Part shown: positions 37,927-51,934 of the stretch, in pieces
Numbering within the stretch: position 1 is the first letter of the stretch
Layout of the letters: each line of letters opens with the position of its first letter
NCBI GenBank assembly: GCA_016748015.1
Contig: JAAOMT010000638.1
Coordinates: 138,353 to 190,286, forward strand
Source: Geosiphon pyriformis uo1
Lineage: Eukaryota > Fungi > Glomeromycota
DNA: 51,934 bases
Reading direction: 5' to 3'
Notes under the pieces: generated by a model
What the model saw: the letters and a program-made list of their open reading frames with translations, nothing else
The model's database searches: none
Told to the model about the DNA's origin: nothing
Program-made: the position numbers and the translations under genes

Positions 37927-40900
37927 TATTAATAAAAGTTTGAAGGGGGTATTTTTAAAATAAAAAGATTCTTTGATTCCAACAAAAAAGATTAATAATC
38001 GAAAGAAGTGATGGGTAGTATCGTTCAATTAATGGGGAAGGGGTTTTTTTTTTAAATCAGTTACAATGTCATTAGGGAAAATCTTATTAATAATTAGAAA
38101 AAAAGACTTGAAATTATATGAAAAGAAATTTTCTTCTCCTCTTTATTTCTCTTTTGTCTTTTGAATTGATGTTGTTTATGAGAGAAAGCCTTTTTATAAG
38201 AGAAAATTTTGATCGTATTTTATGTACAACATCACCTTTTTTCCTAGTGTACGTGATGAGATCGAAATCAATTGGCCATTTTAAAATCAAACTATTTACA
38301 AGTGTTACAAAATTGAGCATCCCCCAGCCCAAGTACAATCCGAATATTGGTTAGTAGTATTTAAAGTTAAAAATGATTCATTAAAACAAAGAATCTTTTA
38401 TGAGCAAAAAGGTTTCAGCCAATCATCATTTCTGAAGAAACTGACAAATGGGATGAAAAACGAATTGTAAAATTTTCCCTTCACAAATAATAAGATCACT
38501 TCTAATATAATAATAATAATAATAATAATATATTAGTTCAAAAATATATACAATATTTTTAATTAAATGTTTAATTTCTATCATAGTTGTACCTGCATTG
38601 TTTTACTTGCATGGGGTTCGAATATTATTATAGAGGGGATTAAGTAATCGCGTGGTAATACAATTTAATTGACTTTTAAATTTGTGACTTTGGGTGCTTC
38701 CGAGCAATAGCTAGTTTGTGAACCATTCTCAAAATTCGCAAGATAAACAAATCAACTCGTCATTAAATCACGCAAAAAATTTCAGTATAGTTGGGAGGTA
38801 CTAAAACGAAAGAATTTATAATAATTTTTCTTAATGTGATGACATTTGAATCATGAGAAGTGAATGTTTTGGTTTCATTTTTTAATGAATAATATCATTT
38901 CTAGTTTGTTTTTTTTTTGTTTTTTTTTTTTAATTTCAAAGAGACTCGTATACGATTTTTTTGTACGTTGTTCTTCAATAAAAAAAAATTTATTTTGAGA
39001 TTGTTTTTTACGAATTAAAGTGTCCAAATTTTTAGAAACTGAAAATTTCAAATTTAATAAAATTGGCTCACTTTTACTGTCATTGTTTTTCGAATTCGAA
39101 ATCTAGTTTTTAACTATGTAAATTAATATAATGAATTTTTATTTTTTTTAAAATCTATTATGTTAAATTAAGCATTCAGGTTTAAAGAAAAGTTTTTTGT
39201 CATTTAATTCTCTGTAAAAAATTCTTATAAAAGTTCTTTTCTTAACTAAATATATGAAATCAATTTAAAAATTTAAAAAACTTATCGCTAAAATTCTATT
39301 TTCAAAATAAATTTATATCAATCATTTTCGAATTATAAAATATGAATGAATTTCTCTTTCAAAATTATTGGACTTCATATTCAAATGCTGAATTTTACTT
39401 AAAATGCGAAAATTTTTTTCAGTTCAAAAATTTGTTTCATTATAAGTGCCGCTCAAGTGGTGTTGAATAACATTTAGATTGAAAATCACATTACGTCTCC
39501 TTGAAACTTGTGAAAAGATTATAAAATTATAGAGTGCAAACTTTATTTAACAAGGATTTTAATAGTTATTCTAACTTCAAAGTCATGTAAAAATTGAATT
39601 AAGATTTCCAAGGAAAAATATAATAAAAAATTATTTTTTCTATTGATCTGGATCTTTAGGTTGTATCTAGAGAATTTTATTTGAAATTGGGCACTATTAT
39701 TGTCTTTAAATAAAAATTCCTTGTATATAAAGGTAGTAATATATTTATAGCTCATTTTTGATTGAACAAATTAAAACGTCCTTCCGTTAAAGGAATCTAA
39801 TGGAGGAACTATTAAAACAGGAGCAAACGATAAACTTTTGCTCAAGTTATATTATTATTAAATCAAAATATTTATGATTATCATAAATATAATAATTATT
39901 TAGAAATATATTGACAATAATCACGACTTTTTAAAAAAGATTGATGCAGATGTTAATTATTCACTTTTAAACATTATAACAATGGGCACGACACTACAGG
40001 TTAAAAAAAATTTTTGATAATTTTATTATACAACTGAGATTGATAATTCAATATGCGGTTTAATTTTGAGCTTTTTTTGTCAAAAATAAATTTTAAAGCA
40101 CACGAGTTACTGCTGCCATAAGGCGCAAGATGATCTTTCAATATGCAAGACTAAAATTTTGACAGAACCTTTTTGAATGTTGTTAATAGTTTTTGAATTT
40201 GTAAACTACATAATTAGAAAACCAGCTGATTTAAGAGTTAAAAAAAGGTTACTGATTTTAATACATATGGAAAAGATCTTTTTACCGAGAAATAGAAGCT
40301 TTTCTTTTTAAAAGCTAAAAACCTTGAAATTCTAAAATCTTTTTCAAGAAAAAAATTCAAACTAACTTTATTTGGAAAAACAAAAAACCAAATTGCACAA
40401 ATTTTTAGGGGCCTGTGTATCAATTTTTCTTAGAATTCTTTTTCTCTACCTGGCAAAATATATCCTGTTTCTTCTTCAATTCTAAATCTATTTATGAGTG
40501 AACTTGAAGGATCCCTTAAATTACTCATTATATATCTTTATCTATAAAGAAAAGTTCGAATTAGATTTCAAATTTAAAAGTTTACAAATCGAGTTTTCGC
40601 TTTGTCCGGAAATTAAAGCACGCGTTGATTTAAAAGGTTTAATCGATTTTCATAAAATCTTGGCATCCTTTTTGGGTTTAAAAAACCAATAATATTTACC
40701 ATGTGATCAACTGAACTTTCGCCAATCAAATATATTTTTAACTTAAATTTAATTGTAAATACTAAAGAAAAAGCATTTTTAAAATTAATGTTTATTTCTA
40801 GGTTGTGTTGATAAAATTATTATGATCGTGAACGAAAAAAAAAATCATATGGAGACATCCCGAATCGGGCATCATTTACCTTGGTTACAAATGATTGGTG

Positions 40901-43900
40901 AGATTTCGTCAAGGTGGCAAAGGATGATGGAATAATGGTTAGTTAGTATCTTAAGGCTCGCTAACAGGTTTGATTCAACTGTTTCCGTGTGAAACAATAC
41001 ATTTTTGGATTTCCTTTGTTAAATTTTTCCAATAAAAAAAGGTTTTTAACAGGAATTCATATCTAAACTAAAACAATAGTCTAAAGAGGTTTTCTCAAAT
41101 TAGATGAAATTGAAAGAAAAGAAAAATGCTAGTATTCTTTTTAAAACGAATTGAAAATTTTGTTTTTAATTTTTTTTTTTTAAATAATAAAAAAACTATG
41201 CAAAAATAAGCTTTATTCATATTGTAATTTTTAACGAAATTCCAAAAAGTAGTAATGATTTTTTTTTAAATCGTTAGATATTAGAGGTTTCTTATTTTAT
41301 TTTCCTAAACGCGTATATGAATTGAATTTTCAATGTAATCTACCTTACTTAATAAAAGTTCATATATTAAAGAAGCTAACTAAATCACGGTAACACAAAT
41401 TTTTTCAATCGAAACATCAAACAAGTTTTTTCAAATATAAAATTTAAAAAACAGATCTAAGATGAAAATGGTAATAATCTTATCAGTCAATTATTTAATT
41501 TAGGAACCCAAAGCATGCTGTGTAAAGCACGTCATGAATTCTAAAATCGCGTTCTACACTAACTTCCTTTTCAGGAAATGAATACACTTTTGCTTGTTCC
41601 CAACATTGATTATGGCAAACCCTTGCTTTTGTAGAACCATAAATAGATTGGCGTACAAACCATCAAATACTTTTTAAATTTTTTGGAATTTATTGCCCAT
41701 TGGGATCATGTAAAACTTACAGCTAAATCTTAATTCAACTATGCTTCATTCAAACAAAGAATTGGGTTAAACCATGGGAAAAAAATGAATATTAATGTAT
41801 TCCATTTTATAAATTTAAAAACAATAAACATGTAAAACTTTGAAGAAATGCTTTGAACTTTTTAAAAAAATTGAAAAAAGATATTGTGAATTTTTTTGTG
41901 AGTAAACAAATTATTGTTTTTAGAATAGTTTATTGAAAGTTGTTTTTTGAAATTTTTTAAAGCTTTAAATAAAAACAAATACTATTAAAAATTTCATTGA
42001 AAAATGTGATTTTATTGAATGAAAAAAATTTACCAATTAATTATTGAATTATATTGATAGTAAAAAATTTTATAATGTTCAAAACATATCTAATAATTTT
42101 AAAATTATCAATTTAAATAGTTCAAATAATGATTAACAAAGTAACCTCAATAGAAGAAGAAATAATTAAAAAATTTATCTTGAATTTAGGCTTAAATATA
42201 CCAGAATATTATGTTAGTAAATATTTTAAAAATAAATTATTCATTAAAAAATAGCAACACAAAAGATTTTAAACAATATTTTTTTCAATTAGCTTTTCAA
42301 GATTATGTAAAAAAAAAAAAAATATTTCTATTTTATCAATATCGTTAATGACAATATTTTAAAATTTTTTAGAATAAATAAAAATTCTTTTCATAATTTT
42401 TAAATCAATAAAATTAACACCTAATGGCAATTATTCAAAAAATTAAAAAATTTGCAAAAACAAATTCTGCTTTTAAAAATTAATTTAACGGTTATTTGAA
42501 ACTTTGTTTTTCACTTGTGTGTAGAAAAAAAAAATTTGTGAAGAAATGATTTACTAAAAATTAATGATAATTAGTAAATTGGAAATAATTTTTTGGAATG
42601 AAAATCTTCAAACTGATTTAATCTTTGAAATTTGACTAAAAGCTGCATTTACTCTTTATTAGTGACTTTCTTTTTTTTTTGGTATATTATAAACTATAAT
42701 GAAATAGTTTCTCGCATTACAGCTTTATTTAGGAGTTTATAAAGAAGCCTTTTTGTTATTTACTGGCCGAGATGCTTATCAGAATCAAATTTTAAAAAAT
42801 GAATTCTTTTCATCTCATATCATTTATCTTGACATATTTCATTGGAATGGTGAATACTTTTAATTAATTAACATGGATATTATTTTTTATATCAGTCCAA
42901 TTAATATTTCGTTGAAAGACGAAATTTTGGGGAATTATTAACCATTTATCTAATCAGAAATTTTCGATCCCAATTTTAATTTTTGATTATTGGTGTCTGA
43001 TATTATTATGAAGTTCTATCCCAAATAAACTAAAAACTAAAACTTCCGAGTTTTAATATGCAAATATAATTTGTGTTATTTCTTTAATTTTTCTATTTAT
43101 TTGATTTATCCTACCCAATTTGAAAAAGAAAATACTTTAATGAGAAACAAGGAAATTTGAATGAACTTTTTTAAAATATGAGCACCCAAAAATTCATCAT
43201 TTTTTCTCAAAATAATTGTCCTAAAGATTTATTATGATAAAATAAAGTAAAATAAATTTAGAAAGCGTTAACTTTTCTCAGTCAAAACAGGGTTCTTTAA
43301 CAAATATTTATTTTTTTGCAACAAAAACTACAAATAGCTTTTTGGTTTTAAATTATAAATAAATATCACATTGGCATTTGCATTTGCAGATTTAAAACAA
43401 ACATTTTAACCGGCTCATTCACATAACTTCATTGCTCACGTGGAAATATTTTTATTATGATCTGAATCATCCAAAATATTTTCACTGGAGAATTTAGCTG
43501 TATACATTTTAAACCACTGAGACGAAGCAAGAAAATTTCCGTGGGAAATTTTTATTTCAATATTTATTGTTTGTATAAAAGGTCAAAATGAACGCGAGTG
43601 TGACTTGCATTTTTTTTGTTGCTTCAAATAAATCGGCGGCTCATCAATTTTCCGCAGGGTAAACCAGATGATAAGGGTTTTCTTGTCAATCTTAAGAATA
43701 ATTGAAACTTTATTCAATTTCTCCAATTTTTTTTTATACTTTAAATTACAAAGTATGAAATTTTATAGTCAAAAAATAATTTAATTTTTAGAAATTGGAA
43801 AAAGTTTTTTATGATTTCTCTGTATAACGATATTCGAGTTAAAAAACCTTTGGTAAGATGTAAACGATTTAAAAAAACCTTACAGAAAATTCATAACTTT

Positions 43901-44031
43901 ATTTGAGACTTTCAAAAAAACTTTTAATTTAAAAAATGACCTCAAGAATATTGAAATTATAATAATTAAAAATATTTTACAGTTTCAAAATAATTTATAC
44001 TGTTATTTACAATTTATTTATTATTATTCTG

Positions 44032-44071
<40 letters not shown>
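44032..44071. repeat. (ATT)n microsatellite, ~13 units
   Basis: Direct reading. Confidence 0.95.
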
Positions 44072-44073
<2 letters not shown>

Positions 44074-45159
44074 CTCATTAATTTTATGGCAAAATATAAA
44101 ACTTGTAACTTTAATTTTTACTTAATTGATATTTCAAATTGTAAATAATTTAATGTTTTAATTTACATATTTTTCTTGAAAAAAAAATATATATTTAGAA
44201 ACAAAAATTTATAAAAAAAAAGATAAGTTAGCTTAATATCAAATATTTAAAAAGGCTTCAAATAAAATTTTATAAAATTTGTTACACATATTTTAAATAA
44301 ATACAGAGAAACCAATTGGCAATTCAAAAATGAATCTTTAAAAATAAGACTTTAACAAATTCTACCATTCAAGAAAATTATGACTAAAGATAAAGCGGAT
44401 TTGAGAGGAAATTTAATTATTATTAATTTAATATAATTTATATTTTATCGATTAAAGTATAACCTAGTCAGTGTTTGAATTTTCAAAGTAGTCATGAGGT
44501 AACTTGGTGTCAATCTAATTATGATTGCACAAATATTACAAAGAAGCCGAATATTTCTTAATGTTTTAATTTGTAAACTGAAGAATATTTTTCATGCTGA
44601 AACGCTCTTAAGGGTTTTTAATTGTACAAATATTGCCATACACAGAAAACCAAATGATAACTGATAATACCTTAGTTATTAAAATAAAATTTTGCTTATT
44701 CCTTATAACATATCGTGGCATCGATATCAAATCCAAGATCTTTCCCGATTGTTTTTTTTATTCGCAAAATTTTCAGAAATTCAAATCTTTTTCAAGGCAT
44801 TTTCTGTTTAGATTCACTTATTTAGAAGATCAAAATGCTTAACATCAATGAAAAATATTTGTAAGTTTTACTTTATTGGATTTACCAAATTGAGATTACA
44901 ATTTTAGATATGAAGCGTGATTATATATGTATTAACAGGAGATGTGTTTTAATTTCAAAAAAATTATTTGTAATTTTTACCCAATCTGATTGCTTTTCAC
45001 ACATAGGGATGTTTATTAACTCTCCTTTTCAATTTTGTTCAATTTTCTTAATGTAATAAGGTTAAAATCTAATTTGTCACTTTTTTAAAAAAATTCTAGT
45101 CTTTTTGATGGTTATCAGAACCCTAGTGTTTCAAAAAGAGGAATCTCAAAAGTGGCTTT

Positions 45160-45290
45160 CTTATCCTAAAATTGGGCTATTTAAACTTATCTATATTTTG
45201 TATGTATAAAAGCGAATTATTGAATGGTTTATGCGTCAAAGAAATTTTGAATAATAAAATTAATTCAAAAATTATTATTGATTTCTTATC
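45160..45290. promoter_or_regulatory. Cluster of three CTTATC (GATAAG) sites upstream of PTR2, candidate GATA-factor (AreA/Gln3-type) nitrogen-regulation element
   Basis: CTTATC at 45160, 45186 and 45285, about 265-390 nt before the ATG. Confidence 0.35.
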
Positions 45291-45551
45291 TGATTTCTAA
45301 AAAGTCTTTTTCTCACATTTTATTAAATCAAAAATAATTTTACATGACAAACTACAAAAGTTCGAATAAAAAAAAGCCAGGTATCACATATTTGATTACG
45401 TGAAATAAGTTTCAAAAGAAAAGATTTTTAAGTTGTTACTTAAAATAATTCTTTCTGAATTAAATTTATAAGAAAAGCAGATTTTAATTTTTCAAATTCT
45501 AAAATTCACTTAAAAAAATTTTTCTCCATAGAGATTATTAAAGAACAAGGC

Positions 45552-47342
45552 ATGCTTGAATCCCAGAATTTTGAAACCACGAAACAACTTCGACGAGTTT
45601 CGGATCACATCCCATCAGGTGATTTTTTATATAATTCAAATTTGCAATTTCGAAAATTGATCCCTCAACATGAAATAAATTTTTGTGCAGGTGCATGGTT
45701 TATAATTTTCTTCGAAATCTGTGAACGCTTTACGTTTTATGGAGTCTCTGGACCTCTTCAAAATTTTATTGAATTTCCATATCCCACAAGAATAGACGAT
45801 CAACCAGGTGCATTAGGAAAAGGGCAGCAAGCAGCAACCTCACTCATATTATTTTTCAATTTTTTATCTTATATTACACCAATTTTGGGAGCAATAATTG
45901 GCGATAAGTACTGGGGCAAATATAAAACTATATTGTTCTTTAGTGGGGTCTATTTGATTGGAATCGCCGCGTTAATTTTATCCGCCATACCATCAGTAAT
46001 CCATGCCGATGCATCGTTACCGATCTTAATTTTTGCTTTATTAATAATTAGCATGGGAAATGGAGGTTTGAAAGCAAATGTTACGGCCATGGTTGCTGAA
46101 CAATATACCATCAGCAGACCCTTTATCAGAAAAACGAACACTGGAGAAAAAGTTATAGTTGATCCAAATTTAACGGTACAATCAATTTTCCATTGGTTTT
46201 ACATTGCAATCAGCTGCGGCGGCTTATCTCCAATAATAACGACGAATCTTGAGAAATACAAATCGTTCTGGTTTGCATTTTGTATTCCTTTCTTAGTATC
46301 AACCCTTGGAATTTTTATTCTTCTGGCTGGAAAGCAGGAATATGTCTTGACATCACCAAAAGGATCAATTTTAATTGACGCATTTCGTGTCTTTCAAAAT
46401 AGATTTGAACATTCTAAATCAAATAAAAAAGTCAAAGTTAGTGAATCACAAAAGGACAAAAAAGATGATGATGGATTAATAAATGATGAAAATCTATTTC
46501 AAGAACTGCAAAAAACATTTAAAGCATGCCAAATTTTTGCCTTTTTTCCAATCTTCTGGATTAGTTATATTCAAACCAATAGCAATTTAATCTCTCAAGC
46601 TGCAACGATGCAAGCCGGATTACTTCCAAACGATTTCATGAACATTATTCATACCTTTGCCCTTCTAATTTGTGTTCCCGTTCTAAACCACCTATTTTAT
46701 CCCATAATAAGAAAGTACGGAATTGCGTTTGGACATGTGAAAAAAATATTTTTTGGGTTTATGTTTGCTGCTTTGGGAATGGCATACAACAGCATCGTTC
46801 AATGGATGATTTACAATACTGGTCCTTGCTATGATCAGACTTTATGTATTGTTGACGGCAAAAATGTTTCAAACAATATTAGCGTTTGGATGCAAACTCC
46901 AGGGTATATTTTAGGGGCTATCTCTGGTGGTAAGTTATCAAACTCACGCATTCTGAAAAAATATTTCAAGTTCAATGACAATTTTTTATCCAGCTTTCGC
47001 TTGCGTCACTGGTTTGGAATATGCATATCAGAAGGTAGGTGAAGTTGTTTGAAATGTAATTACAGCTTTTTATTGAACATGATTTAATTAAAATTTTTCT
47101 TTTAGGCTCCAGCATCTATGAAATCAATTGTTACATCTTTGTTTTTATTAACGACTGGTATTGGAGCTATGCTTGGTTTCTGCGTCATTCCGCTAGCAAC
47201 GGACCCTTATTCCACTTATTTGTACGTAATATTAGCAATTCTTACTTTTGGAGCAGGCTGCACAATGTACATTTTCTTCAGAAAGTTCGATTCAGATGAT
47301 TTGATGATAGAAGAGGAAGAGGAGATTTTGGAATTTTATTAA
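45552..47342 (+). CDS. PTR2: PTR2/POT (SLC15) family proton-dependent oligopeptide transporter (551 aa); exons 45552-46929, 46994-47034, 47106-47342
   Basis: ExxER motif (FEICERFTFYG), PTR2 signature GAIIGDKYWGKYKTI, GNGGLKANV, QTPGYIL...TGLEYAYQKAPASMKS. Introns GTAAGT..CAG and GTAGGT..TAG; spliced length 1656 nt is in frame. Confidence 0.93.
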
Positions 47343-48139
47343 AATTAAATTTTTGGGATATTACGAGTAATAGAAAGTTTGAGAATCCAAACTTATTTTA
47401 TCATTGCATTACTTTCTAATTTTTTAAACCCTCTCTTTGTATATAAACTCTTACGAGTAGCATATTTACTGATTTTAAATAATCAGTATTAGTCTTGCAG
47501 GATTAGAGAGTTTGAATGATTAGTTATAAATGAAAGCTGATCAAGCTAATTTTACAATATACTTTTACAGGATACAACTTTTTCAGCATGAGAAACTTTG
47601 AACTTTTCAAATCTTGATTGTAAAATTATAGTGTATACGGTATTTGCAGCGTTAGAACACATTTGTGTTTAACCAGATAACATTTGAAAATGAATGGCTT
47701 TTCAATGCGTATTCGAATGATTCTGAGCCTGAATACCCGAGAAAATAATTCCAAAATAACAGACAATTTGAATGAATTTGTTTTATTGATGAATTGAATG
47801 AGTCAAATATTTTACATCGATTTATCTAATTTCACAGTATATTAAGTGTAAATTTTCAAAATTCATTTCTTTGACTTTTCCTTGGAATATAATATCAAGA
47901 TTTTCTAAATTTTTATATGAAAGCAAGTTTAAATTAGAAGTAGTGTGTTCTCTCACTACTATAATACATCCAATTGTGTCTTTTTCAATTAATAATTTTT
48001 TGCTCTCAATAAAAAATTTACCTTATGTAATAAATTCAGTCTTTATCTGTCGTAATTTGAAAGCAATAAATCAACTCTCTTTTTTCAAGTTAAACTTGCA
48101 CTAATTTTTTAAAATGCATAACTAAAAACTCTCAATATA

Positions 48140-49395
48140 CAGTCTGGTAAGAAAAAAATTGGAAAAATATGAATCTACTAAGATTGCATTTGGTTTAACT
48201 ATTTTTGGTAAGTTTTGTGATGGTAAAAATAGAAACAGAATATTAGGTAAGTGGCTGAGCTCTAAAAACAATTTCTCGCATATTAACTAATAGTTTTTTT
48301 TAAAACTTGTCTTTGAAATGCCAACTTCAAAGCAAGAAACGCAATGGCAAGTCGTATTTTATTTTTGGAAGCAAGGAATACGAAAAGCGAAAGAAATACA
48401 GAATAAAACGAATATACCCCTTTATACAATCTATAATATCCTTAAAAAACTCAAAAAAAAAGGAACAATAAAGCATACGAGTAGTAATGGTCGGCCAAAA
48501 AAGATTACAGGAAATTCTTTAAAAGTATTAAGGCAGATTATTCGTAGAGATTCCTCAGTTTCGTCTAGATATTTAGCAATAAAGTTGGCTAAGAAGGGAA
48601 TAAATGTTTCTCATGTTACTATTCAAAACCATTTATCCAACCTTAATTATAAAAAAAGTCTTTCTAGAGCAACTCCAATGCTAACTGAAGAGCATAAGCA
48701 AAAACGTGTAGAATGGGCCAAAAAACACCTGAACGACGATTGGAAAAGAACAGTTTTTACTGATGAAACATCCTTTCAACTTTTTCAAAACACGGTAAAA
48801 CATTGGCATAAAGGTCTTCGACCAATTTGTCCTATGCCTAAAGATCGAACAAAAATTCTCGCATGGGGGGATTTCTATGAAAAAGGAAAGACTAGTTTAT
48901 TCTGTTTTGTCAAATAATGAATGCTCAATTTTATATAGATATTTTTCATAACCACTTACCTAAAATTAGAGCAATGCTGGCAATTCCAACAAGATAATGA
49001 CCACAAGCATACTAGCAAGCTTGCTAAAGAGTTTATTGCTGAGAATACAACTGATTTGTTGTGGTGGCCATCTAATAGTCCCGACTTAAACCCAATAGAA
49101 AACCTTTGGGCTATTGTTAAAAAAAATGTAGAAAAAAGAATGCCTCAAAATTGTAGTGAATTAGAAAGATTTATGGGGGAAGAGTGACAAGATATTCCTA
49201 AATCTATCTTAATTGAGTTAGTAGGATCAATGAGGCAGCGTTGTGAAATGATAATTGAAAGAATTTCTTATTAATTTTTTTTAATAAAATTATATGGTAT
49301 TTGACTTTCTAATAATAGTTGTTTTATGTAATTTGGTACATTAGTTAAGACATAGTAATTATTTTTATATTTCCAATTTTTTTCTTACCAGACTG
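48140..49395 (+). mobile_element. Full-length Tc1/mariner (DD34E) DNA transposon, 1256 bp, defective
   Basis: Perfect 26-bp TIRs cagtctggtaagaaaaaaattggaaa (48140-48165 and 49370-49395), flanked by TA on both sides. Confidence 0.96.
48318..49274 (+). pseudogene. Tc1 transposase pseudogene
   Basis: HTH region, WKRTVFTDET (first D), QQDNDHKH (second D), then 34 residues to WPSNSPDLNPIE (DD34E). Frameshifts near 48910 and 48978; TGG>TGA-type stop at 49185. Confidence 0.93.
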
Positions 49396-50659
49396 TATAT
49401 GTCATAGATCCAATTTTTTTTAGACTATATAACATTTTAAAAATGGTACAATTTTTGATATAATTGAATTTAATAAATCAAATATAAACTGTAAATGTTT
49501 TTTTTTGCAATTGAATGTAATGAATTTTAATCCAAAATTTTGCTAAATACATAATAAAGTTTTTAAATTTCATTTTCATATTTAATTAACCAATATTACT
49601 TTGTTTTTTTCTTGATTGTACTATCACTGGCTAATTAATCGTGAAAAAATATCAATTTGTTAAAATAAAAAATCTTGCATGTTAACTCTTTAAGTTAAGG
49701 CTTTTTTATTATAAAGCCAAATAAAGGCTAACAAATTTGTAAAAAGATAAGAATTTATTTAAGTTAAATTATTTTAAAATTAGTTTCATAATGAATTTTT
49801 TTAACTATTTGCTTTAATAATAATTGCCTTTTTTCAAAAATAATAATAATTAATAAACAACCAAATTTCGTAAAATTTCAAACTAATTTTTAATAATAAA
49901 AATTACTTTAAGAAAAGATTGCAATTTGTGTATATTCAACCTTAACAATTTCAGAAAAAAAAATATTTTTAATAAATACTGTGTAATTATTATCTAAAAA
50001 ATTTAATCGAATTTAATATTTTATAAATAATTTAATTTTTTAAGTAACCTATTATGCAGTCTAAATTACAAAACAACAATAAACAAAATAATATTAATTA
50101 ATTAGAAGAAAAATTAATCAAAAATATTGTCTGAAAAAATGATTAATTTAAAATCTAATTAATTAAAAAAATTATAATAATTGTGTAATTTTTTGCATTA
50201 AATACTTTTAATTAAGATGGCTTTGAAAATTTTCAATTATTGATTCTTAATTTTTTTAATGATTAATTTATTTCTTTTTTAATAACGTCAAAAGTAGTGT
50301 ATTTTGCATGACATTTTAAATAAGTTAAATAACTACTATTAAAGACTCGTGATTCAAGATATTTTAAGTACAATAGCAAACGAGTGATTTAATGTAAAAA
50401 CTTTCATTACATAATATAATCATTTTTATTATATTCTTAATTAAAATAATTAAGTATGAATGTTCAAATAACAACATATTAAAAACTAAATTATTGAATT
50501 GGCTTTAAGAAATCAGAAAATAAGGCCAATGAATATATATTGTGTAACAAAAAAAAATAACTTTGCAAATCGATCACAGTCTCACACGGAATCGTAGAAT
50601 TAATATATTGTTAGAAAGGCTAAAAGCCACTGATTTTATTAATATAAAATTTAATATGC

Positions 50660-51320
50660 ATTTCTTTTGCCTTTACTCTCGATAATGAACTCGCAACGCC
50701 CGCAACATTGAATTTACTAAATTGTTTAGCATGATTTTTTGCAAAAAATTCTATCACTGCAAATCATTCATATTTTGTGTCATTCCTTTTTCTAACGATT
50801 GCTCACAGATTTCCAATAGAATTTAGATCTGAACTACACGACGGCCAGTCAATAACTTAAGCTATATTTTCTGCAAGAAAGACCTTAGCTACTCGACTTG
50901 TAGGCTTGGAATTATTATCTTGTTGAAAGCACCACTTGCTCCCATTAACTTTTCAAATATGTTGTTGCAAAATTTCAATATAAAATTTAGCATCCATATT
51001 ACGCCAAAAACAAAATAAATTGGTTTTCTCTTCATACAAGAACTATTCCATACAAAAATATTTGTCGGATCTTTTGGTCTTGGAAAAATTGGCTGTTATC
51101 CTTTGGGAACAGTTGAAATGCTGTTTTACAATTGGAAAGACAAGAATTTTATCAACATATTGACCTACTTTTCTCAATATATGTTCATAATTTCTCTACG
51201 ATGACTATTACCGTCTTTGTGCTCAATCCTTTCTATTTTCTCCAACTTTTTGACATTGAATAGTAAGTAGTTTAGTGATTTTACTTTGGAGATCAGCTTT
51301 TTTTTGTTCAATCTTATTGG
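50660..51320 (-). mobile_element. Degenerate Tc1 (DD34E) transposase relic, same subfamily as 8283-8720
   Basis: Minus strand WCFQQDNNSKPTSRVAKVFLAENIA*VIDWPSCSSDLNSIGNL*AIV (34-aa spacing, catalytic E replaced by G), plus MDAKFYIEILQQHI and IEHKDGNSHRR. Confidence 0.88.
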
Positions 51321-51934
51321 AAAAAAAATAAGTTTTATATGTAGTAACTTTTGTCGCGCACCGTATAACTGAGTAGAGCTATTAAACAGATTATTAATCA
51401 GTTCTTGATCAAGCTTTTATATAATTTATTTTTATTAAACATTTGAAATACAAAGAAAAAATTTAAAAATACAATTGCAAAAACAAACAATAAAACAAGA
51501 AATTTTAAAAATGATAAATATCGTTTACAATTAAAATTAAAAATAAGTTCAATAAAAATTCTAATTAATAATAGACTTGTGAAAAATATATGAATATTGA
51601 AACTAAAACATTAAAAATAATATCTATAGAATTTTAAGAATGCTGATGTTATATCAGTTGTACTTATACTTATTATTATATAAATAATAAAAAATTTAAT
51701 TTAGTCATCATAAATATCTAAATTCAAAGTATTTAATTACACATAAAAAGAAATAATATTGAATAAATTTTTTAATTAAATATTTTATGAAATTTAAATA
51801 ATTGTTTTTATTAATAGTACTTAATAATATTATACAAATAATAAATAATAAATTATTAAGAATGATAATTTACACAAAATCTATACAATGCATAAGTTAT
51901 ATGAAGATATATAATGTTGTAGGTTATTAAGTGA

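Noticed and set aside
37927-38028. N-terminal extension of SulP paralogue B in the ORF track
   Set aside because: Begins at TTG; ATG 37926 gives an exon 1 of exactly the same length (1015 nt) as paralogue A.
41500-43000. Two ~50-codon open stretches (41500-41660 minus, 42710-42865 plus)
   Set aside because: Too short, with no recognisable family.
13412-46141. Short ORFs overlapping real genes (13412-13636, 21068-21325, 21382-21603, 26137-26322, 35455-35640, 45950-46141)
   Set aside because: Antisense or alternate-frame shadows of coding sequence.

Overview
Very AT-rich eukaryotic (fungal) genomic DNA with short GT-AG spliceosomal introns. The gene content (BTB-BACK-TLDc, BTB, Sel1-like repeats, TPR-SET) and repeat landscape suggest Glomeromycotina (arbuscular mycorrhizal fungi/Geosiphon-like); this assignment is an inference. 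Genes: a BTB-BACK-TLDc gene broken by a 20-N gap and a frameshift, a BTB protein, a TPR-SET/MYND-like (SMYD-like) methyltransferase, two tandem 5-exon SulP/SLC26 sulfate-permease paralogues, and a 3-exon PTR2/POT transporter. Mobile DNA and relics: a solo LTR with a 4-bp TSD, a full-length defective Tc1 (DD34E) element, two older Tc1 relics, a Sel1 pseudogene and a dispersed repeat. Two observations stand out. (i) A head-to-head pair of gag/ORF1-only (RRM-like + CCHC) retroelement-like copies share a 3' motif and carry dense C>T/G>A changes in all dinucleotide contexts, suggesting RIP-like hypermutation outside Dikarya. (ii) The SulP paralogues have introns 2-4 that are more similar than the exons between them, suggesting gene conversion opposed by selection. 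No rRNA, tRNA or CRISPR array was recognised.
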